Source: an uncultured Rhodohalobacter sp.
GTDB taxonomy: Bacteria > Bacteroidota > Rhodothermia > Balneolales > Balneolaceae
Length of the DNA stretch: 64,000 nt
Assembly (NCBI GenBank): GCA_964535495.1
Contig: CAZHUP010000002.1
Coordinates: 2,436-66,435 of the forward strand
Reading direction: 5' to 3'
Made by a program: the position numbers and the translations under genes. Shown in pieces: positions 40,043 through 49,842 of this stretch; the first letter of the stretch is position 1; each line of letters begins with the position of its first letter. The notes beneath the pieces are model-generated. The model searched no databases and was not told the origin of the DNA. It saw only the letters and a program-made list of their open reading frames with translations.

Positions 40043-41263
40043 ATGACATTTTTCAAACAATCAAAAATGGCTGCAGTACTCACAGTTCTGTTCATGCTAT
40101 TGAACACAGGTTGTGCAGAAGCTCTTGAAACAGAGGCGGACAATAGATCAGATACTGAAAACGGTGCAGAACCAAACGGCTATTTCTCATTACCGGATTC
40201 TCCCGGAGATATTTATGAAACTGAGGAACTAAATTTCTACGTGCAAACCGTAGCTGAAGATCTCGGTGTGGCTTGGGGAATGGCATTCTTGCCGGATGGT
40301 CATGTGCTTGTAACCCAAAGAAGCGGTAATCTTCGATTAATCAGAAATGGCCAGCTTCTTGAGGAGTCGGTCGACGGTGTGCCGGAGGTGAGGGCGCAAG
40401 GACAGGGAGGTTTGCTCGATATCGAACTTCACCCAAATTATGAAGAGAATGGCTGGTTGTACATCAGCTACTCAAAACCGGGAAGCGGTGGTGCTCAAAC
40501 TGCCATTATGAGAGCACGTTTTGATGTTGATTCTAATTCACTGGTTGATCAGGAAGAGATATATGAAGGGACTCCGTTTACAGATTCCAGGCACCATTTT
40601 GGAAGCAGAATTGCTTTTGATCATGACGGTTATCTTTACTTTTCGATTGGTGACCGCGGGCAAATGGATACAGCGCAGGATATTACCAATTCGAATGGAA
40701 ACCTTTTCAGACTTAATGACGACGGATCAATACCTTCAGATAATCCTTTTGTTGGGCAGGAGGGGCTGGACGAAATTTATGCTTACGGTTTAAGAAATAT
40801 CCAGGGCATGGCTACACATCCCGAAACAGGTGTGATCTGGACAAATCTGCACGGACCGCGAGGAGGCGATGAGCTGAACTTCCACAATAAACCCGGAGCC
40901 AACTACGGATGGCCTGAAATCACATATGGAGTAAACTATAATGGAAGTGAAATTACGCCCCACACCGAAAAAGAGGGAATGGAGCAGCCCGTGATGCATT
41001 GGACACCATCTATTGCACCATCGGGAATGACATTCGTAACGAGTGATAAATATCCGGGCTGGCAAGGAGATGTTTTAAATGGAGCACTCTCTTATCAGCT
41101 GATTTCTCGAATTGTGATTGATGGTGAAGAGTTTGTTCACGAGGAGAGAATACTTGAAGGGATCGGGAGAATTCGTGACGTTCATGAGGCACCTGATGGC
41201 TATATATATTTCACTAACGAATCGAATGGAACTCTAAACCGCATCATCCCGGTTGAGAACTAG
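40043..41263 (+). CDS. PQQ-dependent soluble sugar dehydrogenase (YliI/sGDH family), lipoprotein
   Basis: WGMAFLPDG, GQGGLLD, HFGSR, YGLRNIQG, HGPRGGDELN, NYGWP, SIAPSG, RIRDV. Confidence 0.92.
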   Translation: MTFFKQSKMAAVLTVLFMLLNTGCAEALETEADNRSDTENGAEPNGYFSLPDSPGDIYETEELNFYVQTVAEDLGVAWGMAFLPDGHVLVTQRSGNLRLIRNGQLLEESVDGVPEVRAQGQGGLLDIELHPNYEENGWLYISYSKPGSGGAQTAIMRARFDVDSNSLVDQEEIYEGTPFTDSRHHFGSRIAFDHDGYLYFSIGDRGQMDTAQDITNSNGNLFRLNDDGSIPSDNPFVGQEGLDEIYAYGLRNIQGMATHPETGVIWTNLHGPRGGDELNFHNKPGANYGWPEITYGVNYNGSEITPHTEKEGMEQPVMHWTPSIAPSGMTFVTSDKYPGWQGDVLNGALSYQLISRIVIDGEEFVHEERILEGIGRIRDVHEAPDGYIYFTNESNGTLNRIIPVEN

Positions 41264-41283
41264 TATTTTTAAAGAGAAAGTTT

Positions 41284-41320
41284 AAAGCCCGAAGATCATT
41301 TTTTCGGGCTTTCTTTTTTT
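41284..41320. terminator. Probably bidirectional intrinsic terminator
   Basis: AAAGCCCGAA...TTCGGGCTTT hairpin plus T-run, between convergent genes. Confidence 0.8.
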
Positions 41321-42734
41321 AATCGAGCTCTTTCAGTGCGGAAGCTAACTCCTGCAGCGATTTCTTAGCATCTCCGAAAAACATCTGGTTTTTATCACTG
41401 TAAAACAGATCGTTGTCAATTCCCGCATAGCCGGGACTCATGCTTCTCTTGAAAACAATGGTTCGTTTAGCTTCATCTACATTCAAAATAGGCATACCAT
41501 AGATAGGACTCCCCGGGGATGTTTTTGCAGCAGGGTTAACTACATCATTTGCTCCAATTATTAACACCACATCGGTCGATTTAAACTCCGGATTGATCTC
41601 ATCCATATCATATAGCTGATCGTAAGGTACATCAGCTTCAGCAAGCAGTACGTTCATGTGCCCGGGCATTCGACCCGCCACGGGATGGATTCCGTACTTG
41701 ACGGTCACGCCCCGTTCTTCGAGTATATTGGCTACTTCCTTAAGCGTATGTTGTGCTTGGGCCACAGCCAAACCGTAACCCGGTGTGATTACAACCTTGG
41801 AGGCATATGCACACTGTATGGCTGCATCATCTGCAAATGTTTGTTGATAGGATTTCTCTCCCTCGTCCGAATCACCTGTATCGGATACACCGGTAAATGC
41901 GCTGAATAGAACGTTTAACAGTGTTCGGTTCATTGCTTTGCACATGATATTTGTAAGGATCAAACCGGCAGCACCAACAAGCGCACCACTTATAATGAGC
42001 AGATTATTCCCAAGGACAAAACCGGCCATGGACGCTGCGATGCCGGAGTAGGAGTTTAGAAGTGATATTACAACCGGCATATCAGCTCCGCCGATAGGCA
42101 AAACAGTTAAGACTCCAATCAGCAATGCCAGGCCAAATAGAGACCAAAATACGACTTGATACTCCGGATCTACAGCGAACCAGCCTACCAAGCCGAAAGC
42201 CAATGCCGTAAGTGCCAAATTGATATAGTTCTGACCGGGCAGTGCAATTCTGCCACCGCCAATAAAACCTTTTAGTTTGCCAAAAGCGATAAAGCTGCCG
42301 GTAAAGGTAATTGAACCAATTAAAATACTCAGGCCGGTAGTAACCAAACTTTGTGTATCAAATACTGAAGGATTCAGACGGGTAAATTCACCCCAGGCAA
42401 CCAGGGCTGAAGCTCCACCGCCAAATCCATTAAAAATGGCAACCATTTCGGGCATCGCCGTCATTTGAACTTTTTTAGCAGCAAATCCACCAATAAGTGC
42501 TCCAATAACCACACCGGCAATAATATATTCAAAAGCGATAATATCTCGGTCGAATAGAGTGACTACTACACCAATCAACATACCAAGAGAAGCGAGTTGA
42601 TTGCCTGATCGAGCTGTAGCGGGAGAGCTTAAACGTTTAATCCCCACAATAAAAAAACCGGTGGCTACCAGGTAAAAAATCTGAATCAGGTTGGGTAAGA
42701 ATGTCTGGAAGGCGTCAGGCAGGAAATGGCTCAT
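41319..42734 (-). CDS. pntB: NAD(P) transhydrogenase beta subunit
   Basis: IGGADMPVVISLLNSYSG, PGYGLAVAQAQ, HPVAGRMPGHMNVLLAEA, GANDVVNP. Confidence 0.97.
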   Translation of the reverse strand: MSHFLPDAFQTFLPNLIQIFYLVATGFFIVGIKRLSSPATARSGNQLASLGMLIGVVVTLFDRDIIAFEYIIAGVVIGALIGGFAAKKVQMTAMPEMVAIFNGFGGGASALVAWGEFTRLNPSVFDTQSLVTTGLSILIGSITFTGSFIAFGKLKGFIGGGRIALPGQNYINLALTALAFGLVGWFAVDPEYQVVFWSLFGLALLIGVLTVLPIGGADMPVVISLLNSYSGIAASMAGFVLGNNLLIISGALVGAAGLILTNIMCKAMNRTLLNVLFSAFTGVSDTGDSDEGEKSYQQTFADDAAIQCAYASKVVITPGYGLAVAQAQHTLKEVANILEERGVTVKYGIHPVAGRMPGHMNVLLAEADVPYDQLYDMDEINPEFKSTDVVLIIGANDVVNPAAKTSPGSPIYGMPILNVDEAKRTIVFKRSMSPGYAGIDNDLFYSDKNQMFFGDAKKSLQELASALKELD

Positions 42735-43021
42735 TTTTCACCCTCCTTTTTCTTAAACATCTCAAGCATGCGGTCGGTTACCATAAATCCACCCACAACA
42801 TTAATGGTTGCAAATACAATGGCTGCGAAACCGATCCATTGGGCGTAAACCGAGTCTGGGCCTCCGGCTATAATCAAAGCACCGATAAGTGTTATTCCTG
42901 AGATTGCGTTAGCTCCGGACATCAGCGGTGTATGAAGTGTTGGAGGAACTTTTGAGATTAGCTCAAAGCCGACAAAAGAGGCTAATACAAAAATGAAAAG
43001 ATTGAATATGAAGGCTTCCAT
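42731..43021 (-). CDS. pntA: NAD(P) transhydrogenase alpha subunit, membrane part (PntA-2)
   Basis: VPPTLHTPLMSGANAISG and NVVGGFMVTDRML. Confidence 0.95.
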   Translation of the reverse strand: MEAFIFNLFIFVLASFVGFELISKVPPTLHTPLMSGANAISGITLIGALIIAGGPDSVYAQWIGFAAIVFATINVVGGFMVTDRMLEMFKKKEGEK

Positions 43022-43094
43022 AGTTTTATAAAATGAGTCATGAGCCCTGAAATCAACTGCTGAATAAAAATCAGGTCAGCATGGAAGTTAGATG

Positions 43095-44231
43095 TTATTT
43101 CATGTTATCCTTTACGAACGGAGAGATTAGATCTCCGTGATGAGTTACTGTGGCATTTACAATTATTTCATCCTCAAAGTTTAAATCAGGTCTGCCATCC
43201 TTTATAAGCAGACTAAGCAGAGACAGAATATTTTTTGAGTAGAGTTTACTTGCGTGATATGCCAGTGTGCTTGGCAAATTTAGCGGTCCGTCTACAACCA
43301 CACCGCTATGTTGGATTACTTTTCCGGGATCGGTCACTTCACAATTCCCTCCCTGCTCTGCGGCAATGTCTATAACAACAGATCCGGCCGACATATCTTC
43401 TACCATTTTCTTTGTGATGAGAGTCGGTGCCGGTTTGCCGGGAATAAGTGCGGTGGTAATTACGATGTCTGATTTTCTTACATGCTCATGAATCACTTCT
43501 CTCTGCTTCTCTTTGTTTCTATCTGACAGCTCCTTGGCATACCCGCCTTTTGTTTCAGACTCTTCCTCGAGCGGAACATCTACAAACTTCGCACCCAGGC
43601 TTTCCACCTGTTCTTTTACTGACGGGCGAATATCGAAGGCTTCTACGACGGCGCCGAGCCGTTTGGCAGTTGCGATGGCCTGCAGACCGGCAACACCACC
43701 TCCTAGTACCAGAACTTTAGCGGGAGGTATAGTACCCGCGGCAGTCATCATCATTGGTAAGTAACGGTCTAAGTGATTTGCACCAAGCAAGGCGGCTTTA
43801 TAACCTGCAATATTACTCATCGATGAGAGTGCGTCCATAGACTGTGCCCGGCTAATTCTGGGTATAGTGTCCATGGCAATTCCCGTAATTTCTGAATCAA
43901 GTAGCAGGTTTACGTAATCTGAATTTTGTAAAGGCCACAGAAAGGCAATCAAAATCGACCCTTTCTTCATTTGTTTGACATCACCCGGCGCAAGAGCCTG
44001 AACGGCTAAAATCAAATCCGCTCCAGACAAGATTTGCTCTCTATTTGCAATCTCAGCACCTGCATTTTTATAGAGCTCATCAGAATAACTTGAGTTTAAG
44101 CCTGCACCGGATTCTATATGGACGTTCAAGCCCATGTCTATCAGCTTTTCACAGCCCTCAGGTGTGAGTGCAACACGCTTTTCCAGAGCCTCTGTTTCTT
44201 TACAAACACCGACAATCATATCACGCCTCAT
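43095..44231 (-). CDS. pntA: NAD(P) transhydrogenase alpha subunit, NAD-binding domain I (PntA-1)
   Basis: EKRVALTP, RAQSMDALSSM, GGGVAGLQA, TTALIPG. Confidence 0.95.
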   Translation of the reverse strand: MRRDMIVGVCKETEALEKRVALTPEGCEKLIDMGLNVHIESGAGLNSSYSDELYKNAGAEIANREQILSGADLILAVQALAPGDVKQMKKGSILIAFLWPLQNSDYVNLLLDSEITGIAMDTIPRISRAQSMDALSSMSNIAGYKAALLGANHLDRYLPMMMTAAGTIPPAKVLVLGGGVAGLQAIATAKRLGAVVEAFDIRPSVKEQVESLGAKFVDVPLEEESETKGGYAKELSDRNKEKQREVIHEHVRKSDIVITTALIPGKPAPTLITKKMVEDMSAGSVVIDIAAEQGGNCEVTDPGKVIQHSGVVVDGPLNLPSTLAYHASKLYSKNILSLLSLLIKDGRPDLNFEDEIIVNATVTHHGDLISPFVKDNMK

Positions 44232-44435
44232 AAGGTTAGTTTAATTAAACATATCTAAATTTTATCAATTTGCAATTGACAATTTTAATTTTGACAAAAA
44301 ACTTAAACGATAAAGTAGAAATTTTGATGATCGTAATATTTGTTGTTGACTATACATCTGATAGACAAGATTGACCAAAAGTGAGTTCAATTTTCATTAC
44401 ATTTAGATAAAAGAAAAAGAAATTAATCTAAGAAA

Positions 44436-45416
44436 ATGGAAGACATTCAAGGAAAAACATTTGATGTAGTTATCGTTGGGAGTGGCCCGGCCGGATTAAC
44501 TGCTGCAATTTATGCTGCCCGTGCCGATCTGAATCCAATTGTATTTGAAGGGCCTGAACCGGGCGGACAATTAACGCAAACCACAGATGTGGATAATTTC
44601 CCGGGCTATCCTGAGGGAGTAATGGGACCAAAAATGATGGAAGATTTCCGTCAGCAGGCAACGCGTTTTGGTGCCGACTGCCGATACGGTTACGTAACAA
44701 ATATAGAATTTGATGAGCGGCCCTATAAGCTGACAGTTGATGAAGAAACAGTAATATTTGCCAAGGCGATTATCATTGCTACCGGCGCATCCGCAAAGTG
44801 GCTCGATCTGCCGAGTGAACAACGTCTGCGTGGAAAAGGTGTTAGTGCATGTGCTACCTGTGATGGTGCATTTTTCCGCGATCAGCATGTAGTTATTGTA
44901 GGTGGTGGTGATACTGCGATGGAAGAGGCGCTGTTTTTGACAAAGTTTGCAAGCAAGGTATCGGTCATTCACCGGCGCGACGAGCTTCGGGCATCAAAAG
45001 CAATGCAGAAGCGTGCATTTAAGAATGGTAAGATTGAATTTATCTGGAATTCCGAACTGCAGGAAGTACTGGGTGAGCAGGTTGTAGAAGGTGTAAAAGT
45101 CAAAAATAGAGTAAGTGGTGAAGTAACCACTTTGGATGATGTGACCGGCGTATTTCTCGCAATTGGACACAAACCAAACACAGATCTCTTTAATGGTGTG
45201 CTGACTATGGATGATGTTGGATACATTCAAACCAAAGGCCAATCTACAGAGACTGATTTGCCAGGGATTTTTGCCAGCGGTGACGCGATGGATCCGATCT
45301 ATCGCCAGGCTGTAACGGCTGCAGGAACAGGTTGCCGGGCCGCACTGGATGCGGAGCGCTTTTTATCCGACGAACTGGATAGTGAAGAGGTGATAGCTCA
45401 AAAGCACTGGAAGTAA
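44436..45416 (+). CDS. trxB: Thioredoxin-disulfide reductase
   Basis: GSGPAG, CATCDG, GGGDTAMEE, HRRD, YRQAVTAAG. Confidence 0.97.
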   Translation: MEDIQGKTFDVVIVGSGPAGLTAAIYAARADLNPIVFEGPEPGGQLTQTTDVDNFPGYPEGVMGPKMMEDFRQQATRFGADCRYGYVTNIEFDERPYKLTVDEETVIFAKAIIIATGASAKWLDLPSEQRLRGKGVSACATCDGAFFRDQHVVIVGGGDTAMEEALFLTKFASKVSVIHRRDELRASKAMQKRAFKNGKIEFIWNSELQEVLGEQVVEGVKVKNRVSGEVTTLDDVTGVFLAIGHKPNTDLFNGVLTMDDVGYIQTKGQSTETDLPGIFASGDAMDPIYRQAVTAAGTGCRAALDAERFLSDELDSEEVIAQKHWK

Positions 45417-45439
45417 AAGCTTTTGAAAAGTATTAACTG

Positions 45440-45475
45440 AATCGGCAAGTGTCACGGATGCTTGCCGATTTTTTT
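45440..45475 (+). terminator. Rho-independent terminator
   Basis: AATCGGCAAG...CTTGCCGATT stem plus T-run between trxB and the convergent DUF4342 gene. Confidence 0.82.
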
Positions 45476-45845
45476 ATTCCTTACCTACCGTTTTGTCCGT
45501 CTTATTTTTTTTCTCATCTCCGTTCTCATCCTCAATTTCAATCACTTCTGCATCTACTTCGTATTCATCGGATGATTCGTCAATGTCTCGCTCAACAAAT
45601 ACTCGTACATCGCTTGCATAGAGTAAGAGAGCTGTGATAGCTGTAAACAGAGGAGCATAGATTGCGAGAACCACAGTGCCTGCAACACCCAATGTTAATC
45701 TGCTTTCTAATAAAACACTGCCCTTTCTGTTTTTTACAATCACACGTTTGGCGTCACCTTTACGGATTAGTTTCTTGATTTGTGAAATTATTTCCTGAAC
45801 TGTACCCTGAATCTCTTCAAGAATTGTTTTTTCTGTCTTTTCCAT
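45474..45845 (-). CDS. DUF4342 domain protein
   Basis: IKKLIRKGDAKRVIVK, hydrophobic hairpin LTLGVAG...P, VFVER. Confidence 0.75.
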   Translation of the reverse strand: MEKTEKTILEEIQGTVQEIISQIKKLIRKGDAKRVIVKNRKGSVLLESRLTLGVAGTVVLAIYAPLFTAITALLLYASDVRVFVERDIDESSDEYEVDAEVIEIEDENGDEKKNKTDKTVGKE

Positions 45846-45935
45846 GATAAATCTCCATCACTTAGCATTAAAACTGTAAGGAAGTTCTGATTCCTGTTTC
45901 ATACTACGAGAAACCAAACAAAAAGATTCAGGAAT

Positions 45936-47477
45936 ATGCTATCAAGAGTTTATTGTGCCTCAACCATAGGAGTGGATGCCCGTTTGATTGAAGTAGAAGT
46001 AAATCGGAGCGGTGGCCTGCCAAAATACTTTTTAGTCGGACTGCCCGATCGGGCGGTGAGTGAGTCGAAAGACAGAATCGATGCCGCACTTAAAAATGCG
46101 GACGCTTTTTTCCCACGCGGAAGAATTACGGTGAATCTTGCACCGGCCGATCTTCCAAAAGAGGGAAGTGCATTTGATTTGCCAATTGCGGTTAGTTTGC
46201 TTGCTGTTTCTGAGCAAATTCAGATTGAAAAGCTTGAAAAATGTCTGATTTTGGGTGAGCTTGCGCTCGACGGAAAATTGCGACCGGTAAAAGGTGTACT
46301 TCCGATGGCAGTAGAGGCGAGGAATCAGGGATTGGAATATATAGTTCTTCCAAAAGAGAACGGTCCGGAAGCGGGTGTTGTGGATGGAATTAAGGTGTTG
46401 CCCTTTTCGGACTTGAGAGAAGTAATGAGATGGTTTGAGAATGAAAACAGTAAATCACCTCTGAAGATCAATCCGAAAAATCTGTTTAGCACAAACGGAA
46501 AGGCAGATATTCTCGATTTTGAAGATGTTAGAGGGCAGGAAAATGTGAAGCGCGCCCTTGAGGTTGCCGCTGCGGGCGGGCACAACGCAATTATGGTTGG
46601 GCCGCCCGGCTCAGGTAAAACGATGATGGCCAGGCGTCTTCCTACAATTCTTCCTCCGCTGACATTGGATGAAGCGTTGGAGACAACCAAAATTCACTCG
46701 GTAGCCGGAATTCTGGAGAGTGGTAAGTCTTTGGTTACAAATCGGCCATTTAGGAGCCCACACCATACAGTTTCAGATGTTGCTTTAGTTGGAGGCGGGA
46801 GTATTCCCATGCCGGGTGAAATTTCGATGGCGCATAACGGAGTGCTATTTCTGGATGAGCTTCCTGAGTTTAAAAGGAGTGCTCTAGAGGTGATGCGTCA
46901 GCCACTGGAGGATGGGAATGTGAGTATATCACGGGCGCGAATGAGCGTAAATTATCCCAGTAGAATCATGTTGGTGGCATCGATGAATCCCTCACCAACA
47001 GGCGACTGGTACGACCCTGATGACGAAAACGGCGCTACTCCAATGCAGATGCAGCGATATCTGAACCGAATAAGCGGGCCTATGCTTGACCGAATTGATC
47101 TGCACGTAGATGTAGAAAAGGTCAGTTTTGATGAACTGTCTGCAAAAACAAAAGGAGAGAGCTCAGCGAAGATTAGGGAACGTGTAATTGACGCAAGAGA
47201 AATTCAGAGCAGACGGTTTATGGGCATTGAGGGTGTTTATTGCAATGCGCAAATGAATACAAAAATGGCGCGAAAAATTTGCCGGATTGATGATGCAGGA
47301 GAGGGTATGCTCAAAAAAGCGATGAATACACTTGGCCTTTCTGCCCGGGCTTACGATAGAATTTTAAAAGTTTCCAGAACGATTGCCGATTTAGATAGGT
47401 CTGAGTCAATTAAGGCTAATCATATTGCGGAAGCAATTCAGTACAGAAGTCTTGACAGAGAAGGCTGGTTAGGGTGA
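45936..47477 (+). CDS. comM: YifB/ComM family Mg-chelatase-like AAA+ ATPase
   Basis: LVGLPD, TVNLAPADLPK, GPPGSGKT, FRSPHH, LFLDELPEF, LDRIDL, LSARAYDR. Confidence 0.92.
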   Translation: MLSRVYCASTIGVDARLIEVEVNRSGGLPKYFLVGLPDRAVSESKDRIDAALKNADAFFPRGRITVNLAPADLPKEGSAFDLPIAVSLLAVSEQIQIEKLEKCLILGELALDGKLRPVKGVLPMAVEARNQGLEYIVLPKENGPEAGVVDGIKVLPFSDLREVMRWFENENSKSPLKINPKNLFSTNGKADILDFEDVRGQENVKRALEVAAAGGHNAIMVGPPGSGKTMMARRLPTILPPLTLDEALETTKIHSVAGILESGKSLVTNRPFRSPHHTVSDVALVGGGSIPMPGEISMAHNGVLFLDELPEFKRSALEVMRQPLEDGNVSISRARMSVNYPSRIMLVASMNPSPTGDWYDPDDENGATPMQMQRYLNRISGPMLDRIDLHVDVEKVSFDELSAKTKGESSAKIRERVIDAREIQSRRFMGIEGVYCNAQMNTKMARKICRIDDAGEGMLKKAMNTLGLSARAYDRILKVSRTIADLDRSESIKANHIAEAIQYRSLDREGWLG

Positions 47478-47531
47478 TCTAATCGAGAGCTTGAAACAAA
47501 ATCAGTAATTTTCAGTTACAAAAAGAAAAAC

Positions 47532-47621
47532 ATGGAAGTGAGAGAAACAACAAAATATCGTTCTTCAGATTGGGTGTTTACACTCCCATTCATCCTTTTC
47601 CTACTCTATCTTTTATTGTAA
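47532..47621 (+). CDS. Candidate 29-aa single-TM small protein
   Basis: ATG..TAA ORF MEVRETTKYRSSDWVFTLPFILFLLYLLL filling an intergenic gap, with an A-rich leader (AAAAGAAAAAC-ATG). Below the ORF-track length cut-off. Confidence 0.45.
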   Translation: MEVRETTKYRSSDWVFTLPFILFLLYLLL

Positions 47622-47633
47622 TTGAGGTAAGGA

Positions 47634-48359
47634 TTACCAAAGCCGGTCTATGACTCGGTCAGGAATGAGATGAATAAGCCAGGCAACTAAACGCCAGCGA
47701 CGTGTTATGTAAGCAACCGGTTTTTTATCTTCAATAGATGTTAATATCTGTTTGACCGCTTTCTCTGTTTCAGCTACCCAAAACATGCCTTTTTTCCCTT
47801 CCGTCATCTCACTCTTGATAAACCCGGCAATAATATCCGTAACGGTAATATTTTCATTGATTTTATTGCAACGCTGGCGATACGCTTGCATATAGGTAGA
47901 GATAAAAGCCTTCGATGCACTGTAGGGAGCTGCCCGGGATGATCCGAAAAGTCCGGCTATGGATGAGATACCTACAATCTGACCGTATCCCTGTTTTCGG
48001 AAATATTGAAATGCTTCTCCAAAAAGCTGTACAAATCCACTCACATTTACATCGATCACTTTTTGCTCCATCGCAGTAATCGAAGCAGACGGGTAGTTAG
48101 AAATTCCCGCATTCAGAACAATGATGTCCATTCCTCCCATCTGATTAATGAGAGACTTAAGTGTGATCTTAGCCTCATCAAATAGAGAAACATCCATTTC
48201 AGAGAAGTGGAATGAGTCGCCTAATTCATCTTTAAGCTCTTTCAGACGATGAACTCTGCGGCCGGTACCGCCGACTATATATCCATTTTGGATGGCTTGT
48301 CTGGCAAGTTCTTCACCAATGCCGGAAGTGGCACCGATGATTATCATTCTTTTACTCAC
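47634..48359 (-). CDS. SDR family oxidoreductase
   Basis: GATSGIG, GRR (NADP-type), LNAG, SS, YSASK. Confidence 0.9.
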   Translation of the reverse strand: MSKRMIIIGATSGIGEELARQAIQNGYIVGGTGRRVHRLKELKDELGDSFHFSEMDVSLFDEAKITLKSLINQMGGMDIIVLNAGISNYPSASITAMEQKVIDVNVSGFVQLFGEAFQYFRKQGYGQIVGISSIAGLFGSSRAAPYSASKAFISTYMQAYRQRCNKINENITVTDIIAGFIKSEMTEGKKGMFWVAETEKAVKQILTSIEDKKPVAYITRRWRLVAWLIHLIPDRVIDRLW

Positions 48360-48370
48360 TCAACTGAGAA

Positions 48371-48934
48371 TTAGACTTGAGATTCAACCGGTTGAAGGGA
48401 TGGGTGATATGCTTTTAGCCACTCATATCCGCCAAACAGAACAGCACTGTAAACCAGGTTTCCTCCTAAAGTATTATGGAAGAATGGAATGGCTGCTGTG
48501 TAGCATGCAATAAGGCCTTCAGCTGTCAGAGGATATAATGGACTTGTAACCCATACACCAAAATTACTGACTACAAAAAAGATAATAGAAGCACCGAGAG
48601 CCCCTCCAATAACCCTGCCGAAGGTAATTTTTTTAAGCAGATAGTAACCCAGGATGGCGATCATTGCTATACTTCCGTATATGTAAATAAATCCACCGGT
48701 AAACCATGCAAATCCCTCGTAGTAAGCTGAATAAATGAGATTGTTGAGGAGCAGATCACTAATCCATAAAGCGGCAATCGGTACTATAAAAGCCCACTTT
48801 TTGTTTTTGAAATACGCAGCTCCAAAAAGCGCAATTGCTCCAAGAGGGGTGAAGTTATACGCATGCGGCAGCAAACGTGAAAGTGCTGCGAATAAAATAA
48901 ATCCGGTGATTATGTAAAATGTTTTCTTATTCAT
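48371..48934 (-). CDS. DUF6580-like putative membrane transport protein
   Basis: About 6 TM helices; RLLPH..NFTPLGAIALFG, FFVVSNFGVW, CYTAAIPFF pattern. Confidence 0.7.
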   Translation of the reverse strand: MNKKTFYIITGFILFAALSRLLPHAYNFTPLGAIALFGAAYFKNKKWAFIVPIAALWISDLLLNNLIYSAYYEGFAWFTGGFIYIYGSIAMIAILGYYLLKKITFGRVIGGALGASIIFFVVSNFGVWVTSPLYPLTAEGLIACYTAAIPFFHNTLGGNLVYSAVLFGGYEWLKAYHPSLQPVESQV

Positions 48935-49074
48935 GAATAATGGTAGCCTTTTTGATTCAACGGTTTAAATATAACAGTTGAAAAGCAAAAGTGTGAGATA
49001 GAAATCAGATTTCATGAAAAATAAAAAACAACGGCCATGGCGGAGTTTTATAAGCCTGTAAGCAGGTGTTGTTT

Positions 49075-49680
49075 TTAGTAAGTGCTGGTTAATTCAAGCT
49101 GAAGCTCAATGTCTACTTTATTTCCTACTACGGCAGTAGCGGCCCAATCGCCAACACCAACCCCGAAATCGTTACGCAATAGTTCGGCATTAGCAACAAT
49201 TCCAGCTACTCGTGTGTTTTCGCGCATTGGATGATCCATGACTCCTTTTAGAACAAATGGAAGATCGAATTCCCGGGTTACGTCACGAATGGTAAGCTCA
49301 CCGCGGGCAACAAACTGATTTTGTGCAGTTTGTTCTATGCTATGACTAACATACCTCATATTAGGCCACTGCGCTTTATTAAAGAAGTCTTCTGAACGTA
49401 AATGATTGTCTCTTCTCTCATTTCTCGTATTAATGCTTTCAATCGGAACTGTTACATCAATGTTGCTTTCTGCAAGGTTATCCGGATCGAAGTTAATAGT
49501 AGCATCCATATCGTCAAAAGTGCCGGTTACGGGTGTGAAGAAGTGTGTGATTGTGAATTTAATAGTACTGTGTGCTTTATCTATTTCCCAACTTGTGGCA
49601 TCTCTGTCGATCGTGGTAAATGCAGCAGTCGCAGTGAATAAAAATGCTGCAAGTGTGATGTATGTCGCTTTTTTAAGCAT
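49075..49680 (-). CDS. YceI family lipid/polyisoprenoid-binding protein
   Basis: Signal peptide; WEIDKAHS, SINT..ERRDNHLRS..FF, GELTIRDVT. Confidence 0.93.
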   Translation of the reverse strand: MLKKATYITLAAFLFTATAAFTTIDRDATSWEIDKAHSTIKFTITHFFTPVTGTFDDMDATINFDPDNLAESNIDVTVPIESINTRNERRDNHLRSEDFFNKAQWPNMRYVSHSIEQTAQNQFVARGELTIRDVTREFDLPFVLKGVMDHPMRENTRVAGIVANAELLRNDFGVGVGDWAATAVVGNKVDIELQLELTSTY

Positions 49681-49842
49681 GGTTAGAATGGGTTTATTTT
49701 AAATACTTTAATGTTGACTTAAATAGAGTCTTGATTATTCCAACATTAATTGGGTGTACTCTCTTTAGTTTATATCCAATAATGCTAACGGCAGAATTAC
49801 CGTTTCATTTTTGGGTTAATTAAGTATTAAGATGTGCTAAAC

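Noticed and set aside
45936-47477. comM as a mobile-element integration hotspot; NPCPCG changed to NPSPTG
   Set aside because: The ORF is intact with no integrase nearby, and to my knowledge loss of these cysteines is common in Bacteroidota-lineage homologs.
49020-49076. Long imperfect hairpin (AAAAACAAC...GTTGTTTTT) upstream of the DUF6580-like gene as a riboswitch
   Set aside because: No B12-box or other recognisable aptamer consensus; more simply a terminator-like stem after yceI.
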